Source: Vicinamibacterales bacterium (GTDB taxonomy: Bacteria > Acidobacteriota > Vicinamibacteria > Vicinamibacterales > CAVVIG01). Taken from it: 24,000 bases of DNA. The stretch is taken from contig DATFWL010000550.1 of NCBI GenBank assembly GCA_035259385.1, positions 18,787 through 42,786 of the forward strand, in the 5' to 3' direction. The notes below the pieces were generated by a model. That model made no database searches. It was given only the letters and a program-made list of their open reading frames with translations, and was not told where the DNA came from. Below are positions 14,200 to 21,097 of the stretch, piece after piece. Positions within the stretch are counted from its first letter, which is position 1, and the number at the start of each line of letters is the position of its first letter. The position numbers were made by a program, and so were the translations under genes.

Positions 14200-16314
14200 T
14201 TACACGACCGGCTTGTGCAGCACCGGCGCGGGCTCCTCGGTCTTCTTCTTCCCACCGAGCCCCTGAATCTGCAGCGTCGGCTGCTCCTTGAGCACGTGCT
14301 GCCGATAGAGCCTGGCCATCTCCTCGTTATAGGCCGCGTCCTTCGCCGTCTCCTCGGGCGTCTTGTGCTGGCGCGCCTTCAGCTTCTCCTCGCGCGCGTT
14401 CTTCGCGATGCCGCGGTCGTCGAGATCCGTCTGCGCGCCGGCGCGGACCGCCTCCTCGTTCAGCTTCAGCGAATGCGCGGTGGACGACAGCGGCACCGCC
14501 TTGCCGCCGGCGAAGATCTCGTGGCGGCCATGCTCCTCGTACCACCGGGTGAGCGTCGCCGTCATGTGCATCTTCTCGATGATGTTGCGCCAGCCGATTC
14601 CCGTGTTGTACGCGCAGAACGAAATCTCGCCCTGCTGGGTGGCGTACGGGATGATGCACATCTCGGTGCGGCGGAAGTCGTAGTTGAAGAGATCCTGGAA
14701 CCACATGCCGGCGATGAAGAGGAAGTTCCAGCGATCGGCGCGGCGCTTCTCGATGTCGGCGGACGTACGATCGCCCTCGACCTTGCCGTAACCGCCCGAC
14801 TGCGCCTTCTTCGTCGCGCCGAACGTCTTGTCGAACTTCTTCAGCAGGTCGCTGAGCTTGAAGTGTGTCGGCGACTGGAACGGATCGTAGTTGCGGACGA
14901 CCGCGAGGGCGAGCCCGAGGACCGACAGGAACTTGCCGCGCGCGGCGTCGTTGATCTGCGCGAGATCCTTGGCGAGCCGCTCGGCCTTCAAGAACGCCGT
15001 CACCGGGACCGCTTCCTTCGTCTCCTTGTCGATCATCAGGCCCATGCCGACGCCGCAGTTCGGGTGGCAGCCGCAGGTGAGCTGGCCCCACTGCGCGTCC
15101 GGTCCGTGGACGACGTCCGCCCAGTCGGTGAAGGTGCCCATGAACGAGATCGGGAACCAGTCGCGCGCCGGCTCGCCGAGTCCCGTCTGGTTCTTCACGT
15201 CGTGCGCCAGGTGCGACAGCGTGTAGCGCTGCGCCGCGCGCCGCTCGGGCGTCACCTCTTCGTCGCGCCCGGTGAAGCTCACCGGCTGGAACGACAGGAA
15301 GTTGATCTTCTTCGGGTTGTCGAGCGCGAACTCGATGATCCGCCCGACCTGCTCGTTGTTCACGCCGTTCACGATCGTGACGACCGGCACGATGTCCACG
15401 CCGGCCGAGTGCAGGTTCTCGATCGCGCGCAGCTTGACGTCGAACAGGTTGCCGACGCGGCGGTGCGAGTTCGCGGCGTTGCCGATGCCGTCGAACTGCA
15501 GGTACGCGTAGCGCAGGCCCGCCTCGGCCGCCGCCTTCGCGAACTCGGGGCTCTTGGCGAACTCGATGCCGTTGGTCGCCGCCTGCACCGAGTTGTAGCC
15601 GACCTTGCGCGAGTAGCGCACGGCGTCGAGGAACCACGGCGAGATCGTCGGCTCGCCGCCGGAGAACTGCACCGACATCTGCCGCTTCGGCTTGATGCTG
15701 ATCGCGTTGTCCAGCACCATCTTGATGTCGTCCCAGCCGAGCTCGTGGACGAATCCCACCTGGTTCGCGTCCATGAAGCACGGGTCGCACATCATGTTGC
15801 AGCGGTTGGTGAGATCGACGGTGAGCACCGAGCCGCGCCCGTGCTTGATCGTGCTCGAGCCGTGGTTGTGGAGCGTTTCGTCGTTGTGCGCGCGGATGTC
15901 ACGCCCGGGAAAGACATCCTCGAGATGTTTGAAGAACGCGGTGTCGATCGCCATCACGTCCTCGAAGTGGCCGTGGATGAGGCAGTCCTTCACCATCAGA
16001 ATCTTGCCGTCGCGTTCGAGAATCGTCGCCTTGATCTCGCCGACCTTTTCGTTGAGGAGGACGCTCACGTCCTTCTTGCCGTCGAGAATCGCCTGACGCG
16101 CCTCGCGCACGCAGATCGGACACAGCGAGTCGGTCTCGCGCGGCCATCCGAGCGGGGGCTTCGTCTTCTCGTACGATTTCAGCAGCGGCTTGTCGGACCA
16201 GGCGGGTGTGAAGGACGGATTTTGTTTGATCTTGTTCAAACCGTTGAAGAGCGTCCATGCGCCGTTGGCCGCGATCGACAGGCCCTTCTCGACGTACTTG
16301 ATTGGCTTGTGCAT
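14200..16314 (-). CDS. Large radical-SAM enzyme resembling archaeal tetraether lipid synthase (Tes / GDGT-MAS, COG1964-type), copy 1
   Basis: 704 aa. N-terminal Cys pair SLCPIC...KDCLIHGHF. Radical-SAM CX3CX2C in VDLTNRCNMMCDPCFMDAN. Further blocks are VQFSGGEPT, QAATNG, YLQFDGIG, LSFQPVSFTGRDE, TCGCHPNCGVG (auxiliary-cluster-like) and the C-terminal block GMWFQDLFNYDFRRTEMCIIPYATQQGEISFCAYNTG. The order of these blocks matches my recollection of MJ0619-type proteins. CDS and radical-SAM calls are high confidence; the specific function is not. Confidence 0.88.
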   Translation of the reverse strand: MHKPIKYVEKGLSIAANGAWTLFNGLNKIKQNPSFTPAWSDKPLLKSYEKTKPPLGWPRETDSLCPICVREARQAILDGKKDVSVLLNEKVGEIKATILERDGKILMVKDCLIHGHFEDVMAIDTAFFKHLEDVFPGRDIRAHNDETLHNHGSSTIKHGRGSVLTVDLTNRCNMMCDPCFMDANQVGFVHELGWDDIKMVLDNAISIKPKRQMSVQFSGGEPTISPWFLDAVRYSRKVGYNSVQAATNGIEFAKSPEFAKAAAEAGLRYAYLQFDGIGNAANSHRRVGNLFDVKLRAIENLHSAGVDIVPVVTIVNGVNNEQVGRIIEFALDNPKKINFLSFQPVSFTGRDEEVTPERRAAQRYTLSHLAHDVKNQTGLGEPARDWFPISFMGTFTDWADVVHGPDAQWGQLTCGCHPNCGVGMGLMIDKETKEAVPVTAFLKAERLAKDLAQINDAARGKFLSVLGLALAVVRNYDPFQSPTHFKLSDLLKKFDKTFGATKKAQSGGYGKVEGDRTSADIEKRRADRWNFLFIAGMWFQDLFNYDFRRTEMCIIPYATQQGEISFCAYNTGIGWRNIIEKMHMTATLTRWYEEHGRHEIFAGGKAVPLSSTAHSLKLNEEAVRAGAQTDLDDRGIAKNAREEKLKARQHKTPEETAKDAAYNEEMARLYRQHVLKEQPTLQIQGLGGKKKTEEPAPVLHKPVV

Positions 16315-16321
16315 GCGCTAA

Positions 16322-16327
16322 ATCTTA
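16322..16327 (-). promoter_or_regulatory. Candidate -10 hexamer TAAGAT (minus strand) placed 7 nt upstream of the radical-SAM ATG (possible leaderless transcript)
   Basis: The minus strand reads gtgctcTAAGATttagcgcATG, with no SD-like purine run. Confidence 0.3.
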
Positions 16328-16459
16328 GAGCACGAATGGCTTACGACGATTACATTTCCAGCGAACGGTCCCCTCGCGCAGCGAACGGGCACTAGCCGAC
16401 ACCGGACGGTCACAGCACACCCGCCCCCACCTGCGCGAACGAAATAATTTGCAGGAAGT

Positions 16460-16473
16460 TGCATTTAAATGCA
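16460..16473. promoter_or_regulatory. Perfect 14-bp palindrome TGCATTTAAATGCA in the divergent radical-SAM / cupredoxin intergenic region; candidate operator
   Basis: Read directly. It lies in the only AT-rich patch of the 211-bp intergenic region, preceded by a further TTGCA half-site (16449-16453). It overlaps the possible -35 (TTGCAT, 16459-16464) of the cupredoxin promoter. Confidence 0.4.
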
Positions 16474-16483
16474 CGAGCTGTCA

Positions 16484-16489
16484 TAGAAT
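16484..16489 (+). promoter_or_regulatory. Candidate -10 hexamer TAGAAT for the cupredoxin-like gene (leadered, with SD)
   Basis: The sequence reads tgtcaTAGAATgagg. TTGCAT lies 19 bp upstream, a long spacer. A strong AAGGAGG SD (16514-16520) lies 5 nt before ATG 16526. Confidence 0.35.
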
Positions 16490-16525
16490 GAGGCCGCTCA
16501 ACCACAAATTCATAAGGAGGACGTA

Positions 16526-17059
16526 ATGAACAGAGCGATGCGGATCTCGGTTGCGGTCGGGCTGGCGGCCGCCCTCACAGGAGTGGCGGCCACGCTGACA
16601 GCCGAGCAGAGCGCGCAAGTCGTTCAGGTTCGCGATGACTGCGATCCGGCCACGTTTAATGCCGATCCGCCCGTTGGGCCAGGCCTTGGCCCGATCTGCG
16701 AGGGCAACGGCGACACGACGTTCGGCGAATTCATCGCGGAACTGCGGGCGACGAAGGTGGCGGAGGAGTGGCGGTTCAATCCCGATCGGATGAGCGAGCC
16801 GCGGCCCATCGTCGCGCACAACCGCGGCGGCGAGACACACTCGTTCACCAGGGTCGCCAAGTTTGGCGGCGGCCAAGTCCCCGTCCTGAACACGCTGTCG
16901 GGGAACGACAAATTCCTCGCGCCGGAGTGCTTCGACAAGAAGGTCGGTGGAACCTTCATCGGACCCGGCCACGATTTGAACGTCGATAGCGTGCAGGGCG
17001 GGGACCAGTTCCAATGCTGTATCCACCCCTGGATGCGGACGACGGTCAGAAATCGGTAG
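16526..17059 (+). CDS. Exported cupredoxin-like (putative type-1 blue copper) protein
   Basis: 177 aa. Signal peptide MNRAMRISVAVGLAAALTGVAATLTA. The C-terminal ligand loop QCCIHPWM has the C-x2-H-x2-M spacing of amicyanin (CTPHPFM). An upstream AHN / ETHSF His could supply the fourth ligand. Confidence 0.65.
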   Translation: MNRAMRISVAVGLAAALTGVAATLTAEQSAQVVQVRDDCDPATFNADPPVGPGLGPICEGNGDTTFGEFIAELRATKVAEEWRFNPDRMSEPRPIVAHNRGGETHSFTRVAKFGGGQVPVLNTLSGNDKFLAPECFDKKVGGTFIGPGHDLNVDSVQGGDQFQCCIHPWMRTTVRNR

Positions 17060-17119
17060 GTCCAGGTAGCGTGGAAGTCAGGAACGTCGGGTAAGTCGGG
17101 AAATCGAATATGTCGGACA
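17057..17119 (+). repeat. Degenerate tandem 9-nt repeat (about 7 units, consensus near AAGTCGGGN) starting at the cupredoxin stop codon
   Basis: Read directly: taggtccag gtagcgtgg aagtcagga acgtcgggt aagtcggga aatcgaata tgtcggaca. It resembles the minus-strand consensus GTRGGTCRG of the 1758-1811 array. It is G-rich on the sense strand. Confidence 0.55.
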
Positions 17120-17126
17120 GAAATGC

Positions 17127-17165
17127 AAAAGGGCGCGACCGCGTGAGCGGCGATCGCGCCCTTTT
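17127..17165. terminator. Bidirectional intrinsic terminator between convergent cupredoxin and TonB-receptor genes
   Basis: The sequence reads aaaa-gggcgcgaccgc-gtga-gcggcgatcgcgccc-tttt. The outer 8-bp GC stem, inner 4-bp stem and GTGA tetraloop are flanked by A4 and T4, so a U-tract follows the hairpin on either strand. Confidence 0.7.
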
Positions 17166-17170
17166 CAGCT

Positions 17171-17198
17171 AGCCCCGAGCCCCCGGCCCCGAGCCCCT
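17171..17198 (-). repeat. G-rich GGGGCTN-family repeat (minus strand) starting 3 nt after the TonB-receptor stop codon
   Basis: The plus strand reads agccccg agcccccgg ccccg agcccct. The minus strand reads aggggctc ggggccgggggctc ggggct. It is followed, in the minus direction, by CTAGCTG and the 17131-17161 hairpin, the same arrangement as at 14121-14192. Confidence 0.75.
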
Positions 17199-17200
17199 CT

Positions 17201-20119
17201 TCAGAAGTTCATCTGCACGCCGAACCGGATGTAACGGCCGTCGACAATCTGCGTTGGCGTCATCCACAGGTTCGTGCCCGCGTTCGCATACGTCTCGTTG
17301 ACGCGGACCACGGTCCCGGCGTTGAACAGGTTGAAGACGTCCATGAACCCCTGCATCTTCAGCCGATCGACCCTGAACGTCTTGCCCAGTCGCATATCCA
17401 GCCGGTTCTGATAGTCGAGGAACATCGTGCTCGGCTGGACCAGGTTGATGATGCTCGACGCGGCGCCGGTGGTCGAACCGATGATCGGCCGTCCCGCGAC
17501 GACCGACGTCACCGTGTAGTTCGCACTGACGTTTGGCCCGGGAATCGACGCAAACGTCCCGCTCAGCTGGATATCGTACGGGAAGGAATACGCCGCGGAT
17601 GCCTTGAACGATGTGCGGAACAGGCCGGCAAGTCCTACACCGGCGGCAGGCAGCGTTGAATCGCAGAACCGGACCCGGTTCGGGTTGTCGCGCGCGCTGC
17701 CTACCGGGTCGCCATTGGTGACGTTGTCGCCGTCGCACGTCGTCGAGACGCGCCGGTCGGTGGTGACACCGCCGAACACGAGATACTTCGCGCCGCGCGC
17801 GTTCACCGTGAATTCCACGCCGTCGTAATTGGTCTTGTTCTGGGTCGAGTAGGTGATCAGGTTGTCGGTCGCGATGCCCACCTTGCCGGGGTTCAACGTG
17901 TACATCGTGATCGGCTGTCCCGACAGCGCCAGCCGCGTGTCGGTCGGCGTGTTGATGGTGTACGTCGTCCAGTCGCCCGCAGTCAGATTCTGATTGTCGG
18001 TGGCCTGAATGTTGTAGTACTCGCGGTGATAGTAGCCGGCGGTCGCCGACAGCCGCGGCCGGAGCTCGCGCTGCAGCACGGCGCTGTATTCCCAGTTGTA
18101 GCCGCGCGGCAGATTGGGATCCGGTCGCGACGTGATCTGACCGAAGTTCGACGTGCCGCCGATCACCTCGTTCACCTGAATCGAGCCGTCCGGGTTCAGG
18201 ATCGTGTTGTCACGGTTCGCGTCGTTCCAGGTGCGCATCTGCGTCGCGCCGTTCATGCCGTTGAACGTCTGCGCGAAGCCGGCCGCCTGCGACGCGACGT
18301 ACTTGCCGACGTTCCCCTTCACGGCGGTTTTGCCGTCGCCGGTCAGATCGAACGACGCCGCAAAGCGGACCGCCCAGTCGTTCCAGTTCGGCACGTTGGG
18401 AATCTCGGGGAAGTTTCGCGGGCCGATCCAGGTCGACGCGGCCGACGACTCCGCCGGGATCGACGCGTTGAAGTGCTCGAAGCGCGCGCCGTAGTTGAGC
18501 GTCAGCCGGTTCATCGTCCAGGCGTCCTGCGCGTAGGCGCCCAAGTCGCTGTTGACGTTCTGGATGCCCGTCGTCGGCGTGTTGTAGACGACGGCCTGGA
18601 ACGGGAAGTCGGTGAGCGGAATATTCGTGCCGGGAACGACGGTGTTCACCGTGATGAGGGTGTTGATGTCGGCCTTTTCGATGAAGGTTCGCGAATTCTG
18701 TCCCCAGAGGTCCGTCATCCCGACCTTGATCGCGTGCGAGCCGGTCACGTAGCTCGCCGACGCGAGGATGTTGTAGTCCTTGGTCGTGCTCGAATACTCC
18801 GGGATGAGGTAGCCGCAGCGGCCGCTCAACAGGCCAGTGGATCCGTTGAGGTGCGCCAGCGTCGTCCCGCCGGGGGCCGTCCGCGAGCAGTCCTGCTCGT
18901 AGGGCTGGTCGTAGTAGGCCAGGCCAGCTTCGAACAGCAGCTTGTTCGAATGCGCGCGCGTCCATCGCACCTGCGGGATCCAGCCGACGCCGAAGGCGTC
19001 GGTCGACGCCTCCGGCGTCGTCGTCGCGAGGGTGTTGAAGCCGTTGAAGAACTCCCCGTTGTACTGCTTTTCGATGTAGGCGCGAATCTTGTCCTTGCTC
19101 GTCGCCGCCCACGTCACGCGCCCCACCGCACTGTAATTGCCCATGAGGTTGCGGTAGGCCTGGCTGCCGTCGGGGAATTTCGCGCTCGGGACGTAGACCT
19201 TCGTGTCCTGATACTTGTACGTGAAGTAGAACCACACCTTGTCCTGCATCAACGGTCCGCCGAACGACGGGTTGATCTGCCAGTCGTAGGCGGTGCCGGC
19301 GATCAGGACGCCTGCTGCCTTCACGGCGTCCGAGCGGTTGTCGGCCTGGAGGCCACTCCCCTGGTACTGCGCGAACAGTGATCCGGAAAACTTGTTGCCG
19401 CCGTCTTTCGGGACCTGGTTGACGCGGATGCCGCTGCTCTGGATTTCGGCCGACTGCGATCCCGTCGTGTAGCTCAGCTCCTGCACGGCCGCATCGTTCA
19501 TGTAGAAGCCGCTGAACTGGCCGCTGCCGCACAGGTTGTTCACCCGCAGACCGTCGATCGCCATCGTGAAGTCGGTCGTCGAGGATCCGTGCACGGTGAG
19601 GTTGTATTGCCCCAGGACGAACGGCGTCACCGTGGTACCGGGAATCAGCAGCGCGCGCGCCGGCGTATTGCGGATCGGCGTCGGAATCGCGTCGAGCACG
19701 TCGCGGTTCGCGACGATCGTCGACTGGTTGTTGATCACGTCGACCGCCGGCGTCTCGCCGGTGACGGTCAGCGTTTCTTCCACCGCGCCGACCGACAGTT
19801 CCGCGGTCACCTGCGCGGTGAAGGTGCCTTCGAGGACGATGTCGGCTCGCTTGACGGTCTTGAAGCCGGCGAGCGTGAACGACACCTGATATGTCCCCGG
19901 AACGAGGTCGACGATCTTGTACTGACCGGCCGCGTCGGTGATCACGGAGCGCGACTTTTCAATCAGTGCGGGGCTCGAGGCTTCGACGGTCACTCCGGGC
20001 AGGACAGCGCCAGTGCCGTCCCTGACGACGCCCGCGATCGCCGCTTGCGCATGGCTGGTTGCGGGCAACAGCAGCACGGCAGCCGAAAGCATGGCCGCAC
20101 AAAGCAGGACTCGACGCAT
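17201..20119 (-). CDS. TonB-dependent outer-membrane receptor with CarboxypepD_reg N-terminal domain (second copy in window)
   Basis: Start moved to ATG 20119 (MRRVLLCAAMLSAAVLLLPATSHAQA), with a GGAGGGAG SD 6 nt upstream. The N-terminal block AGVVRDGTGAVLPGVTVEASS...AGQYKIVDLVPGTYQV is CarboxypepD_reg-like. The barrel ends in a terminal Phe (GVQMNF). Confidence 0.9.
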   Translation of the reverse strand: MRRVLLCAAMLSAAVLLLPATSHAQAAIAGVVRDGTGAVLPGVTVEASSPALIEKSRSVITDAAGQYKIVDLVPGTYQVSFTLAGFKTVKRADIVLEGTFTAQVTAELSVGAVEETLTVTGETPAVDVINNQSTIVANRDVLDAIPTPIRNTPARALLIPGTTVTPFVLGQYNLTVHGSSTTDFTMAIDGLRVNNLCGSGQFSGFYMNDAAVQELSYTTGSQSAEIQSSGIRVNQVPKDGGNKFSGSLFAQYQGSGLQADNRSDAVKAAGVLIAGTAYDWQINPSFGGPLMQDKVWFYFTYKYQDTKVYVPSAKFPDGSQAYRNLMGNYSAVGRVTWAATSKDKIRAYIEKQYNGEFFNGFNTLATTTPEASTDAFGVGWIPQVRWTRAHSNKLLFEAGLAYYDQPYEQDCSRTAPGGTTLAHLNGSTGLLSGRCGYLIPEYSSTTKDYNILASASYVTGSHAIKVGMTDLWGQNSRTFIEKADINTLITVNTVVPGTNIPLTDFPFQAVVYNTPTTGIQNVNSDLGAYAQDAWTMNRLTLNYGARFEHFNASIPAESSAASTWIGPRNFPEIPNVPNWNDWAVRFAASFDLTGDGKTAVKGNVGKYVASQAAGFAQTFNGMNGATQMRTWNDANRDNTILNPDGSIQVNEVIGGTSNFGQITSRPDPNLPRGYNWEYSAVLQRELRPRLSATAGYYHREYYNIQATDNQNLTAGDWTTYTINTPTDTRLALSGQPITMYTLNPGKVGIATDNLITYSTQNKTNYDGVEFTVNARGAKYLVFGGVTTDRRVSTTCDGDNVTNGDPVGSARDNPNRVRFCDSTLPAAGVGLAGLFRTSFKASAAYSFPYDIQLSGTFASIPGPNVSANYTVTSVVAGRPIIGSTTGAASSIINLVQPSTMFLDYQNRLDMRLGKTFRVDRLKMQGFMDVFNLFNAGTVVRVNETYANAGTNLWMTPTQIVDGRYIRFGVQMNF

Positions 20120-20344
20120 GACGGTCTCCCTCCGAGGTTGTAAGTGAATGTAGACCGGCACGGTACGGTGCGGCTGGTTGCGTGTCAAGGCGAAACTGAG
20201 ACCGAAACGAATAGTTTCTGGCGGAGATCCGGCCCGCCGGACCGGATGTCTGCCGGGGCGGCGCACGCCGAGCCACGCACGTGAGCGGTGGAGTGGATCG
20301 CGACGCTGCGCGCGTAGGGACGGCGTCGAGCGTCAGGTCCGACG

Positions 20345-21094
20345 CTAAATCCCGAGCCGATCCTTCAGCGCGCGCACGCGATCCCGCGAGACACTCAGCT
20401 CGGTCTTGGCTTCATCCTTGAGCCGGACCAGCACGCCGCCGTCGACGGCCGGGAAGAGCTCCTGCACGAACGGGATGTTGACGATCGTCGCCCGGTGGAT
20501 GCGCGCGAAGCGCCGCGGGTCGAGCCGTTCCTCGAGCTCGGTCAGCGTGAAGTCGATCACGTGCTCGCGGCCGCTGGCGCAGGCGAAGGTGAGCTTGTCC
20601 TTCGAAAAGAAGTGGCTCACGCGCGCGACGTCGAGGATTGTCGTGCGTTCTCCGACCCGCGATGCGATCCGCTCGAGTCTGCGGGCCGGCGACAGCGCCG
20701 CGGCCAGCTCGCGCGCGAGCGCCCGGACGTCGTGCGGCGGGTGCGGCGCCAGCCGCTCGGCCTTGTCGAGCGCGCGCGCCAGCCGCTCGGGATCGATCGG
20801 CTTGAGCAGGTAGTCGATGGAGTTCACCGCGAACGCGTCGATGGCGTAGCGGTCGTACGCGGTCGTGAATATGACGGTGACGTCGCGGTCGAGCCGTTCG
20901 AGCAGCTGAAATCCGGTGAGCCCCGGCATCTGGATGTCGAGGAACAGGATGTCGACGTCGTGGGCTTGCAGGAACGCGAGCGCGATCTCGGGGTCCGTTG
21001 ACGATCCGACGATCGTCACGCGCCCGTTCGCGTCGAGCAGCCGCTGCAGTCGCTGCACCGCCAGCTTTTCGTCGTCGAGAATGTAGACGCGCAT
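20345..21094 (-). CDS. Two-component response regulator, LytR/AlgR (LytTR DNA-binding) family
   Basis: The receiver domain reads MRVYILDDE...DILFLDIQMPGLTGFQLLERL. The C-terminal LytTR-like domain includes FFSKDKLTFACASGREHVIDFTLTELEERLDPRRFARIHRATIVN. The start lies 3 nt after the kinase stop codon. Confidence 0.9.
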   Translation of the reverse strand: MRVYILDDEKLAVQRLQRLLDANGRVTIVGSSTDPEIALAFLQAHDVDILFLDIQMPGLTGFQLLERLDRDVTVIFTTAYDRYAIDAFAVNSIDYLLKPIDPERLARALDKAERLAPHPPHDVRALARELAAALSPARRLERIASRVGERTTILDVARVSHFFSKDKLTFACASGREHVIDFTLTELEERLDPRRFARIHRATIVNIPFVQELFPAVDGGVLVRLKDEAKTELSVSRDRVRALKDRLGI

Positions 21095-21097
21095 CGA

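Noticed and set aside
16336-16395. 19-codon mini-ORF (MAYDDYISSERSPRAANGH) in the radical-SAM / cupredoxin intergenic region, considered as a possible RiPP precursor or leader peptide next to a radical-SAM enzyme.
   Set aside because: It has no SD. It is the tail of a spurious antisense frame and lies where the radical-SAM promoter should be. The adjacent enzyme belongs to a lipid-type rather than a peptide-maturase (SPASM) architecture. It cannot be excluded without conservation data, but nothing supports it.
16449-16464. Sigma-54 promoter (TGGCAC-N5-TTGCA) reading of tttgcaggaagttgcat.
   Set aside because: A TTGCA -12-like element is present, but the -24 position reads TTTGCA with no GG dinucleotide. 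No enhancer-binding-protein gene is nearby.
14200-17059. Functional pairing of the cupredoxin-like protein with the divergently transcribed radical-SAM enzyme as a redox partner.
   Set aside because: The cupredoxin has a signal peptide and is therefore periplasmic, while the radical-SAM enzyme has none and is cytoplasmic. Blue copper proteins have far too high a potential to reduce a radical-SAM [4Fe-4S] cluster. Shared regulation through the palindrome remains possible, but direct electron transfer is implausible.
20228-20330. Possible terminator hairpins after the LytTR regulator gene (atccgg...ccggat at 20228-20249; short cgacgc/gcgtcg stems near 20300-20330).
   Set aside because: The stems are only 5-6 bp with long or G/C-rich loops, and no T-tract follows on the minus strand. 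They cannot be distinguished from chance complementarity in GC-rich DNA.
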